64,000 bases of DNA. It comes from Vicugna vicugna. Taxonomy: Eukaryota. Below, in pieces: positions 24,231-35,779 of this stretch. The DNA is taken from positions 1,544,545 through 1,608,544 of the forward strand of contig MU057416.1 of assembly GCA_013265495.1 (NCBI GenBank), read 5' to 3'. Position 1 is the stretch's first letter; the number at the start of each line of letters is the position of its first letter. A model generated the notes under the pieces. That model saw only the letters and a list, made by a program, of their open reading frames with translations. It was not told the DNA's origin and made no database searches. Both the position numbers and the translations under genes were made by a program.

Positions 24231-26200
24231 CGCCGTAGCTGCGCGCTGCGCGGGTGCTGGGCACAGGCCCCGCCGTCAGCGGGAAGACGGACGCGGCCCG
24301 GGCGCCGGCGGAGACGGCAGGTGCTGCGACAGGACCAGGACGCGGTGCTCCGGGAGCCGCAGGGCAGGCGCCTTCCCGACAGGACAGCCGTGGCTGGGAG
24401 CGTGTCAAGAGCCGCCAGGGAAGGCTTCCGAGAGGAAGCGATCACGGCGGGAGGCTTGCGGGCTGGGCAGGAGCGAGCCGAGGGCGCAGAGCACAGCGAG
24501 CGAGCACGCGACATCTGGGGAGGGGGCCCCTTTGGGAGCAGGCGGAGCGGCTCTGAGAGCGCGGGGGGGGGGGTCTGCAAGGGTGTGTCGATGCCGGGAC
24601 GCGCGGCTCGCTTCGGGAAGGAGCTCATGTTTTATTAGGGGCACGAATGGTTGTGTCCCCTCACCAAGCGAAGACATCACCACCCCCTAATTTTTAGAGG
24701 GGAGGTAGTTGGGTTCACTTAATGGAAGTACTGAGGCTGGAGCCCGGGACCTCGAGCCTGCTCAGCCCGCGCTCTGCCGCGAGAGAGGACCCCGAGGTGG
24801 ACGCACCCAGCCGAGAAGCGCATCTCGAGGTCATGAAATTCGCACGGGTGTGGGTCCCGGTCCGGCCCCACGTGCGATTTAACCCCTCCCTGCACCCCCA
24901 CAACTTCGTGGTCGGCCAGCGACGACACCCACCCCTGAGGGTTACTTCGAGGACGAGCTGGAATTATTTATGCACGTCAGGTGGGCAGCAAAGCGTGCCA
25001 CCCAACAAGCACGTTAATAAACGTCGGTCCTCTTGGCCTAACCCCTGTGCGCCGAAGGGCGAGGGCCACCGCGAGGCCCGTCCCCCGCCCGTCCCCTCCT
25101 CCGTCAGCGGGGTCAGCCGCCGCCGCACGCCCGGGCCGGGACGCCAGGATGTGCACTCCAGCGGCGCCGGGGGTGACGAGCAGGGCGGCCGCCGCCACTG
25201 CGCATGCTCGACGCGCGCGCCGGGACCCCCGCGGGCGGGCGGCGGGTGGGGCGGGCTGCGGAGGGCGCATGCGCAGTCCCGCGCCGCCGCTCCGTCCAGT
25301 GCCGCAGCCGGAAAACCGCAGCGGCGGAGGCTGAGGCGGCGACCGCGCGGGCGGCCACAGGGGAAGCGCCGGGGCAGGGCTGGTCGGGCGGGGCGCGCGC
25401 GCCGGGCCGACGCGTCCGCGGGAGGAAGGCGCGGGGCGGCGGCGGCGGCGGGGAGCGGGCGCGAGGAGGGGCGCCCGCGCCGCAGGGACTTTGACGTGGT
25501 CGGCGGCCCCGTCCCGCGGCGGCCCGGGCTGCGCCGGGCGGCGAAGCCCCGAGTCGCCGGGCGGGACCCGCGCTCCGGCCGCCGGGCTCCCCCAGGGCAG
25601 GGCCGGGAGCGCGGCCGAGCGGAGGGCGGCGCCGCGGGCGGCGCGATGGCGGGACGGCCCCCGCGACGTGACCGCTGAGGACGCCCCCGCCGCGCCCGGC
25701 CGGCCGCCGCGCCGAGACAAAGGGGAGGCGCCGCTCGCACGCGCGCTCGCGGGAGGCTCGCGGCGCCGCCACGTTCCGGGCGCCGAGCGCGGGCGGATGC
25801 TCTGAGCGCCGGGCCGGCCCGCACCCCACCCCGCGGCCGGCCGCACCATGTGAAGGGCGGCCCGGGCGCCCCGAGCGCGTGGAAGATGGGGGATGCTGCA
25901 GACCCCAGGGACGCGAGGAGGACGTTCATTGTGCCGGCCATCAAGCCCTTCGACCACTACGACTTCTCCAGGGCCAAGGTCGCCTGCAACCTGGCCTGGC
26001 TGGTGGCCAAGGCCTTCGGGACAGGTACGAGGTGCCCCGCAGGACGCGCGCATCCCGGTCTCGTGGGCGATGCTCGGGTGTCCACGCGCGTCGCCTCGCT
26101 CGGCGCAGGGACGTGGTGGGAGGCAGGGCGCAGAAGCGGGGAGGGGGCAGCGCAGGGCTGGTGTGACACCCGGAGCCCACGGTTGGGGCAGGTGGGATGT
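24200..26200. promoter_or_regulatory. CAMSAP2: CpG island promoter and 5' UTR of CAMSAP2
   Basis: Very GC- and CpG-dense. Contains many GGGCGG boxes, NRF1 motifs (25199-25209 TGCGCATGCTC, 25265-25275 GCGCATGCGCA), an ETS-like CCGGAAA (25308) and a CRE-like TGACGT (25492). Overlaps exon 1. Confidence 0.9.
25886..26024 (+). CDS. CAMSAP2: CAMSAP2 (calmodulin-regulated spectrin-associated protein 2, microtubule minus-end binding) coding exon 1
   Basis: ATG in strong Kozak context (aagATGG). Encodes MGDAADPRDARRTFIVPAIKPFDHYDFSRAKVACNLAWLVAKAFGT, which I recognise as the CAMSAP2 N-terminus. 139 nt, ending at donor ACAG|GTACGA (phase 1). Confidence 0.96.
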
Positions 26201-27829
26201 GGCCGCGATTCTCTCCTTGGATAGCGAAAGTGGGTGCTGCTTGTTTTCCCGGTGAGTAATTTTGTCATATTTTCACATCAGGTGTCTTAATTTGCGGCAT
26301 TTTCCTCTCTGTGCTGCGTACATTTCCTCCCTCTCGTAATTGTGACTACACCACCGAGAAATCGGAGTCGGTTTCGCCGTGTCGGGAGTAGGCACACGGC
26401 GCTACACTGATTCTGACATTTGTGGCCATGGCTGCGATTCAGGCCCGTAGACTGTACGGCGGCCTCGGCCGAATGCAGTGTTCATTTTTGTTGTCATTCT
26501 TTCAGCCTGTGTCCTCCCGGACACATTTCAGGCTCTATTAAACCAGTTATTTAAAACCGATATTTAGCTTGCTGACTGTCAGGTGCTGCTTTCATTTCGT
26601 GTTTTCAGACGTATTCCCTTTTCCAAACGTTTTGGCTTCGTGAATTAAGAGACACGAAAACTCCCTACTGTGGGATTGCTCTTCTTTTCTTTCTAAGGGA
26701 AGAGTTTTTTGAGGGCATGTGTTGTTGACACAAACTGTCTAGTGCAGCAGCAAACGCTCCCTCCATTACCCAGTCTTTGGAAAATAACAGGAAAAGGGCC
26801 TCCCGTTGTAATTTCTGAGCGGTTGCTTGAGGAGCCCTTGTCGGGGAGCCCTGGGAACGTGCGAGAGCTTTCCATGTGAATGTGCTCTGTGAAGGTAACT
26901 GCATCTCATAACTTGGGTCATTTTGTAAGATTTCTGTGCCCTACGTAATGAATTTTGGATATGCAAGATATTTATTGAAGAGTTCCTTAGTATTTACAGA
27001 CTTTTCTCCAGATACTAATACAGGTTTTTTTGTGGGGGGGGGGTGTAGGCCTGTAAAAATATGTGGGTAAATGGCTTAATCCATTCTTACTGTTTAAGCA
27101 CAGACAGCAGAGTACATACACAGATGAGTATCAGGACTGCATGTTTAGTTAGTTAACAGTGCATCTCAGTGTTTAGAAGATTGTATGAGTTAGTTTTGAG
27201 GGAAACTTCATGTTACCATGATTCTGTGTTTATGACAGCTTTGGTTTTCTTTGAATTCTCATGCTTTGATACTGAAGGAGAAGGATGTTAAAGGTTTCAA
27301 CACTGGCATCAGGAGTAAATATAATTAAAATTTATCTTGAAATAATTTCAGTTTTACAGATTTTTTGGGGGAACTAAATGTAGAGTAACACATAGGAGGA
27401 AGCACCTAGTGTTAGTGTATTTTTATTTTCTGGCGTGACTGATGTCAGCAGTGAAAATAATATGTGTATTTTGGTTTTAACTGAAGCAGCATACTGAAGC
27501 TAATATCCATTTAGAGGAGGAATGAGAGCTATCTGGGTATTAGAAAAGATGGAAAGAGGGAAGTTTAGACAGTGATCTGTGTGGGAAAACAGTGTACAAA
27601 ATGAAAGGCAGAGAGAATAGTAAAAATATTTTCTTTCCTTCTGAACCTGGAGAGGAAACTTACAGTACAGATGTCAGAACGTTGCCCTGGATTCACAATG
27701 ATTACTAACCAGAAAATGGCCTGCTCGCTGGATCCCTGTCAGGCAAGTTTCCTAGACGGCGGACCACCTGAGGAACACGCGCAGAGCACACTTGGAGAGG
27801 AAAAGAAAGGACTAGCGTCTACCTGGAGC

Positions 27830-28210
27830 GCAGTGCCGGGCGCTGTGCGTTAAGTCGTGCCTTCTGGCTCCCAGCAGCTCTGTGATCTAGGCAGTGTGGT
27901 CCTCGTTTGAAGAAAACGAGGTCACCAGTGCAGAAGGAGGTTGGACAGCTTTCCCGCTACCACACTGTCAGTTAGGGCGGAGATGAGCTCTGATCTGATT
28001 GTCCCACTCCAGAGGGCATGGCACGCCTGGGGTGTGCCCGAAACTTCAGACACAGTGCTTCGCTTATTCCCACAGCAGCCCTCTAGAAAGATTCTGTGCT
28101 CATTTGCGGATGAGGGAACTCGCTCAGATTAATTTTACCAAGATTAAACATCTGGCAAGTGGTGGGTCCTGCAGCCCAGCTCAGGTCTCACTCAGAAGTC
28201 TCTGCCCTTC
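27830..28210 (-). mobile_element. Two MIR fragments
   Basis: cacagcagccctctag...gctcatttgcggatgagggaactcgctcaga...aagattaaacatctggcaagtgg matches MIR antisense. Confidence 0.55.
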
Positions 28211-30967
28211 CCACCACTCTGCGGAGTGATCTTTGTATTTGCAGGTGTGAGAAATGTGCATCCAGTGTTTGAGTCTTACTTGTTTTTTGTCTTTTAAGAA
28301 TGGGCAGGTCTTAACACACTCTAGGATGGTTTAGCTGAATATTGCTGATACTTGGTTACATTTAGTTGGCAACAGTTGAGTGGATTAAAAATCGTACTCA
28401 AAATGGGGTGAAAAATTTAGAAGACCTGAAGAGAGTGACTCAGTAATAAGAAATGAATACATTTTTAAAAATGTTATGTTTGTACATTTCATTTATTCTT
28501 TCATCAGTAGTCTTTCAAAGTATAAATTTATATGAAGTGAGTAGAAAAAAGTAAGGTTTCATTTCTTTTGATGTAAATTTTCTCCATTTGCTGCAGACAC
28601 TCTTATGTGGCAAATGCTAGTAGAAAGCATATTTCAAAGTTATTGCCAAGTGGTTTGCAGTTAATTGTTCAAAACATTAGCCCAAATTTAAAGTAATAAT
28701 TTACTAAAAAAATCACTTCTTTAAAGATGACATATAGACTCTTCATTCTGTTCACACTGACTTAGTCTTTTCTCCACTAGAAACTTTCTAATTTTTCACA
28801 TGAAAAGAAGTCAGTTATAGAACCGTATGTTGGAAAATTCATTAAAAATGGTAGCTAGAAGTCAGTGATGGGCATGGAATGAAGTTACTGAGCCATAAAA
28901 AATACGTACCAGTGTTGTGGCACCTAGAGAGCAGATGGGGTGCTTGCTTAATCTGAAGTCTGTGTCAGAGCTTTGAATCATCTTTTCTTACATTAAAAAT
29001 ATTCCAGAAGCCTGAATCTTAACAGTTTATTTTGCGGAAGACTGCAGATACGGTTTTGATCAAATGAAGGAAAAATTTGTAGGTGAATTTTAATCAGTAA
29101 ATAATGAGATCCTCTCTGATTATTTTAAGCAAATTGCAGATGAGGAGAAAGTTGAACGGTGCTGCTTCTACTGTACTTGAACAGCTTAACCCATTTACGC
29201 AGTGACGTTACTGAGCTCGCGTTATGTGTTCTGCTCCCTGCACTCCTTTGGGGAAAGGGTGGGTGCAGGACTTCTCATGACACTCTTCCCTACTTAACCT
29301 GCTTCCTAGTGTCAGTTTATCATTTCAACTCTAACAACCGTCATTCTCCCTTTTGTACCATGTAGTTTGATAATATAAAATCATTTGCTGTCGTAACAGA
29401 CCTTATTACATTTCTTTGTCTATCTCAACACATTTTGTTGTCAAAATCCTGCACAAGACCTGACTTGCGTTGTGAAGGTTGTGATGTCAGTGGAGACACT
29501 GGGGCTGAGAGAGACTAGGAGCGGAGGGCTGGTTGGGGCGGTGACTGCAGGGGTCCCGGCGGAGGCGGGGTGGCTGTGACGCCGAGGCTGCCCACGTTCC
29601 CGCGGGGGGGACTCACTGTGTCGGGCACTGCCCCCGTGTCGGCTCACTCGAATCTCCGTGACGGCCCTGAGAGGTGGGACCTGCGACTCCAGCGCTCCTG
29701 GTGCGGAAAGCGAGGCGTAGAGGCTGGGAGCGCGTCCGGAGCCACCCAGCACACGGGTTCTGACCCGGGACTCTGACTCCAGCCTGCGCTCGTAACCACC
29801 CTGCTGTGTGGGCGGACGTCCAATTAATGGAAAAGAGGCAGGAGATAGCAAAATGTTGCCGCCAAGATACTATCCCGAGTGTTTCTAAGTGGGGGCACTT
29901 GGAGTGCAGGGGAGCAGTTTAAGTCCGTCGGAGGCTGAGGTCGCCTGAGGTGTTGAGGAGAACGCGGTTATCGAGCGTTCGTCATTTGGTGACTGGGAGA
30001 ATGAGCCACGGTGCCTGCGATTGGCAGAGAAGGCATGGTTGGAGTGGGAAGTCAGCTTTGCGTGGGGAACCTTGAACTCGACGTGCTGAGCCGAGAAAAC
30101 CAGTGGAGTTGGAGGTGTGGAGTGTGGCTGACCTGCTCAGGCTACAAAACAGCGTAACAAGCTGGGAAGCTTCTGGGTATAAAGTGTAATTACAGTTGGA
30201 AGTACCTGAGCTCATAGAGGGAGAGAACAGTTGGAGACAGCATCTAGGGTAGTGAACACCTGGGGTAGTTCTGGAGGGTCGTTTGAGGAAAAGGCGGCAG
30301 AATTAGAGCGACCAGAGAGCCAGGAAGAGAATTAAGAATGTGCGGTGATACCGCGGCCCTGGAAGAGAGGGCTTCGGGGGGCGGTCTTGTTAGCAGCGTC
30401 GGGTGCCGCGGGTGTCTAAACCGTGCCTTCCCCCTAAGCGCGGCGCCCTGGTCCGGGCGTGGCAGGTGGTACCTGCGCCAGAGCTCGGGACGCACGGAGT
30501 GGTGTGACTGGCCGTGACCTGCGGGCGGGGGAGGTCGGAGCCGGGGCACGCGCAGCTGCGGTCTGGGAGGGAAGCCTGGGGTGGAGGTGGCGGTTAGAGC
30601 CACCGGAAGGGAGGCGGCCTGGTGGGTGGAGGACGTGGTTTGTGTGCAGACATGGAGCTTGAAACCCAGGTCTTGTGAGTGAAACAACAGAGACCCTTGG
30701 ATTGGAGGAGGTTTTTGTGATGAAGCAGTGGGAGAGCCCAGCTTGACAGGTAAGCTGGGACAGTTCCAAGAACTAGGTTAAGGAATTTGGTATTTATTTA
30801 GTAGATAAATAAATTATCCTAAGCACGTTGGATTTTAAAAAACTACTGTGATTTATTGAATGATGCTTTGTGTTGAGTACAATTTTGAACATTTTAAGTA
30901 CATTATGTTAATTCCGAGGACAACCTATTAAGTAGATATGATTTTATTTCCTCTTCTGTAGCTCTGA

Positions 30968-31140
30968 AGTGGGGTTTCCCAGCCGCAGGACTGTTGGCTG
31001 GTCAGTCTGTTTTCTGGGGGGCCGTCCTATGCGTTGTAAGATTTTAGCAGCATCCCTGGCCCCTACCCAGTAGGTGGGCAGTAGCCGTCCCCACCCCCGC
31101 TCCTGCGCCGGTTGTGCAGCCACGCGTGTCCCCTGCAGTG
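30968..31140 (-). mobile_element. MER20 (hAT-Charlie)
   Basis: gggggccgtcctatgcgttgtaagattttagcagcatccctggcccctacccagtaggtgggcagtagc is the MER20 reverse complement. Confidence 0.75.
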
Positions 31141-32748
31141 GAGCTGGTCTTTTACGTGTACCAGCTTATGGACCTCTTCTATTGGTGAAGTACAAATAAT
31201 GATCCGTAAATTAACGTTACACGTTTCTGAGCAGTGATGAGTGTGGCGCTTCTGCCGAGGTGATGATTGCTTTCTCTGGTCTCACTGAGCACTTTCCATC
31301 CCCTGCCTTGCGTAGTTTCTCCTTTTCTTTTTAAACACGGACCCTTCGTCAGCGTAACATCCTAGGGTAAAGGCTGACGCCCTCGTTCTTTCCAGTTCTC
31401 CTATCATCGCCTGCTCCCCTCTTTGGGGGCTTTTTCCTTGGTTTCCCTGCTTGCTGAATAGTCACGATAATAAGCGTTTTGCTCTGCGTTTTTCAGAAGA
31501 AAAACATGCGTTGAAATGTGAGTTGGTACATCTCACACTTAGGCTGCCTTTGGATGTTCTGTTCCCATTGTGAAATGAGATTTTATTTCTTTAGTAATTT
31601 CCAAGACTCCTCTTTATTAAAAATATTTTCTTCACCACATACTAGGAAAAACAAAACAAGAGGCTGGGATTCCACCACTAGAAGGGAAACAAACTCTGTA
31701 ACCCTCACGGCTGCACCCTCAGTGTGATGCCTTGGGTCTTTATGAAGCACCTGAGAATGGCTTTTTGAGATAAAGAAATGGAATTTCAGTTCATTGAGAA
31801 AGTGTTCGTCTCCCCGCTCCATATTCCACAGAGATTCCTGGAAATGTGTGTGTATGATCTTTAAAGGTTATTTTGAAACTACCATGTTCCCCCCATTGCC
31901 AGCCCTCTCCTTCGAACCATTTTCTATCAAATGGGAATTACAAGCAAATTTTAAGTACTCTCGGCTTTTGAAATTAAAAAATGTTTGAAATATTTCAAAA
32001 GAGATTTGTCCTCAGCAAAGGAAAGTTTCAAAGTGGATGGTCTCATTCTCTTCTGCTGGCATTTTGCTGTTACTTTCAGGATTCTCTTTCAACTGTGTTC
32101 TTGTTTTCCTTTTTTGTGTGTGTGTGGCATTCAAATAACAAGAATTGCTGACTTGTAAATTTATGCATTTTGTAGAATTTTGTAACAGATTTTGAAACAG
32201 CAGAAATACCTTTTTCTTTTTTAGCTACTCAGATTTTAGAGGTCTTGATTATAAATTCTTAAAATTTTACTTTTGACACGTAATATTTTTTGCATAGGTG
32301 AGCCAGGCACAGATTCAGAAGTCAAACGGTATAAAGGATGGATGTAGCGGAAAGCCGCCTTCCTCCTGGACCCTGAGCCACTCAGTTCCTGTTTTAAACT
32401 TGGTGATGTCATCGGAGTCTGCTTTTCAAAAGAGTGCACTTACAGATGGTAGAAATGGTGACTTTTATGTTGTGTGTCCTGGACCACAACAGACAAGAAG
32501 ATCTCTTGGAAACAGAGGAGAAAATGTGCTGGAGGGAGACCACGAGTTGTGAGGGGGAGACGCTAGGAGGTGGTTGTGGTCCAGGTGAGGGTGATGGCAG
32601 GGTGGCTCTGGATGGTGAGGATATGGGAAGAGGTGGACAGATATAAAGATAGGACTTGGTGACTGGTTGGACACGGAGGTGGTGTTGTGGGCAGTGTTGG
32701 GATTGATTTTTCTTTTTACTGAGGAACAGATCAGTGGAAGAGGGCCGG

Positions 32749-32776
32749 GTGTGTGTGTGTGTGTGTGTATGTGTGT
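32749..32776. repeat. (GT)n microsatellite
   Basis: gtgtgtgtgtgtgtgtgtgtatgtgtg read directly. Confidence 0.85.
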
Positions 32777-33399
32777 GGAGCGCGGAGTAGCGCTGAGACT
32801 GAGAGATACCTGAGATGGTGGTGTGAGCACTGGGCCCTTGGACACTGACGTGAGGGCTTAGAGGGTCTCGGGACGAGAGGTGGGGTGGTGATTACAGTGA
32901 AAAGGGAGTAACTGCCGGTCACCTTGCAGCTTGCGGGAGCACGTGGAGAGAGAAGGGGCCCCAGCACAGGGGAGCAGCAGAGAGCCAGATATGGGTGACC
33001 AGAGAGCAGGACGGAGAAGCGAGGGGTGGGACCCCAGGCCTGGGAAGAGAGCGTGCCGCTGGGAGATGTCCCCAGAGCTCCGCTGGGTTTGGTGACGACT
33101 TGGCTGGGAACACGTCTCCGGGAGAGTGGAGGCGGGACCCTGGCTAGAGTTGGTCCAAAGTGGGTGGGAGAGCATGTCGGGTCTTCACTTGTTCTCGCGG
33201 AAACCCCACTCAGGTTGTCTGGCAGTTGAAGGACTTACACCAGCTCGTGGGGCTGGAAGAGCTCTGAGGTGGGGCTGGCGTGACGGGAGCCCGGGTGATG
33301 GGGGCCTGGGTGATGGGGGCCAGCCCACTGCCCGCTCCCTTCCTCCTGCCTCCAGCCTGTGTGCCACCGTTCAGAGCTCTGCTTGATCTCCATGAAAGT

Positions 33400-34320
33400 T
33401 CCCTATCTTTTGTTTCTTTCTTTCTCGTTAAACAAACAAAGCCATTTGATTGTAGGAAATCTCAAATATGTATATATAATGACAGAAAACTTCCATGTGC
33501 TCTTCACCCAGCCTCCACAACCAGCAACTCCTGGCCAGCCTTGGCTTGTGTGCTCCTCCCAGCCCCCCCGCTGGTCATCTGAAGCAAATCCCGGACATAG
33601 TGTCATTTCATCTATAAATAAATTAGTACGTGTCTCTGAAAGTCGGGGACCCCTCCTGAAGCTTGGCCATCGCTCTGCCATCAGCCCAGCACTGCTGCCT
33701 TCATCACACCTCTCCATGTTGCTGGCCGTCTTTTGTTTTCATGTTTTGGTTTTACGGTTCACCTCTTCCAGTCAGCATCTAGATAAGGGCCATCCATCCT
33801 TTGCAATTGGTTGATACGTCTCTTTAAGCTTTTTAAATACATAGGCTCCCCCTCCATCTCATTTTGTCTTCCTTGCAGTTTACTTCTTGCAGAAGCCAGA
33901 GTGTTTACACAACATTGTAAACTGACTGTTCTTTAACAAAAAATACATACATAAAAAGGAAAAAAAAACCCTAACATCGTGGAATGTGATAATAAACATA
34001 AAATAAATTACAGAAAAGAAGCCCAAGTGTTTGTCCGGTAGTCTCCCGGTCTGGAGCTCCATGGCCCTGCCTGACAGGCTCCTTTTGTCCCCTGTGTTTC
34101 TTATAAACTGACAGCTGAATCTAGAGAGTCACACAGATTCAGGTTGGACTTTTTGCACGCTTCACAGGTGCGGCGTACTTCCACCAGGAGGCAGTTGACG
34201 TCTCTTTATTTCTTTTCCTTTCATGACTTCTTCATTTAAGCTGGAATCCTCTTTTAAGAAGAAACGTCCCTTTAGCAAGTGTTTGGTTACCCTGAGTGAG
34301 AGACTACCCTCTTGAGTTGT
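33400..34320 (-). mobile_element. Old L1MC/MD remnant containing a younger L1 3'-end insertion (33907-34016, + strand)
   Basis: gaaatctcaaatatg...cacccagcctccacaaccagcaact...gaagcaaatcccggacat. The inner insert is flanked by TSD agaagccagagtgttt / agaagcccaagtgttt. Confidence 0.6.
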
Positions 34321-35779
34321 GGTCTCCAAGTGCACAACCAGGCAAACGACCCCAGGGGTCACGGACCAAATCAGAGCGCTTACATCATGCGGTTTGTGAA
34401 GTCAGTCTGCAGTGAGAAGCAAGGGGAAGAGACGGGCTGAGGTAGCACACGTGGGGTGGAGTGCAGGCGGGGAGGGAGGTGCCCCCCCCCCCCCCCCGGG
34501 CCTGCAGCGCGGTGCTCCTTCCTGCGTCCGGCTCTCCTGCTGCGTTCGCCTTCCTCACAGGTGGTGTGGCCGCAGGACCCAGGCGGAGTCGGGCAGCGAG
34601 GCCCGCAGTGACACAGGCCGCACACCTGCTCCATCACAGACTCGGGCAAGCGTGCCGGCCGCAGCTGCGACTGGCCAAGAAGTCTGATGGATAGCCATGG
34701 TTTTGTGTTCCTTGGGCAGATGACACCAGGCCAGAATGTGTGTCACTGATGGGTGCCCGGTTACGGGCTCATGAACATTAGTGCTCACGTGTATTTAGTG
34801 TGCATTGCCTATTGTTTGTTTTGTCTCTTGCATGTTTAATGCGTCATGAGTATTTATCGCCTTGTGTATTTTGTGCATCAGGAATAGTTAGCACCTTGGT
34901 GCCTCATGGACATTGGGTCTCTGGCTTTTCCATCCCCTCCTGTGTTTAACACACACATGCTGCTAACCACTTACGTTTATTTGATACGTCCTGTGGATTC
35001 TGTGACTAACAGACTCTTTGCTTACTAGTACTTACCTGTACTGCAGCTATCTTAAAAGATTTCACACATATTTTACAAACATACGCATCTTTTATAATAG
35101 AATTGAATAGTCTTGAAAGTAAAAGTACATTGTACAAGGAAGGCAGGTTAAATGCTGTGTTCTTTCCCTTTATGGGGAGAAATTGGACCAAAGTGAATGG
35201 ATCACGGGCCCCGTTCTGGGCCCCTCCCAGTCTGCAGGGGAGAAAGAGCATTTCGAGCAGAGTGACCAGCACAGGCAGAGGCTGCGTAGCAGGAGGACCT
35301 CGTTCCAGGAGCGGCGTGTGGCTGGCAGGGACACCCGTCCACGCAGAGGGGCGGGGACAGAGTCATCTCTTCCTTGCAGCTCAGAAGGCTTTTAATCCTT
35401 AAAGAACTTGAAGTCACTGAAAACCCCAGGGTTTGGGTTGACGGTGGTGTGTGACGTGGTCAGCTTTGCTCATGGGAAAAAAGCAGATTCTGGCTGTAGT
35501 AGAGAATGGTTTGGAGGGGGGACAAGAACGAACGTGGAAAGACAAATTCAGGGGCAAATCAATAGTTCAGAAGGACAGTCCCCAGGGCCTGGGCAGGGAG
35601 ATGCGAGCTGAGACCGTGAGAAGGGGGTGTGGCCTTGACAGGGGCTGAGGGAGGGGGCGTCCGTGCTGACTCCCTGGGTCCTGGCTGTGCGTCCTGGCCG
35701 TGGTGTGCTTCTTTGATGTGGGAACACTGGAGGCTGATCAGGTTTGGGGGAAAAGACTGATTTGGAGCATTTTGAGATT

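Noticed and set aside
24722..26053. Long ORFs of 318, 326, 358 and 238 aa over the CpG island
   Set aside because: Low-complexity Arg/Gly/Pro/Ala translations on both strands are expected from stop-codon scarcity in very GC-rich DNA; no recognisable domain.
26025..26224. ORF continuing past CAMSAP2 exon 1 (GTRCPAGR...)
   Set aside because: Read-through into intron 1 beyond the canonical donor; similarity to CAMSAP2 stops at the splice site.
28231..28250. Second AG|GT recursive-like site (ctttgtatttgcAG|GTGTGA)
   Set aside because: Weaker donor, adjacent to a MIR and with no downstream partner donor; consistent with chance.
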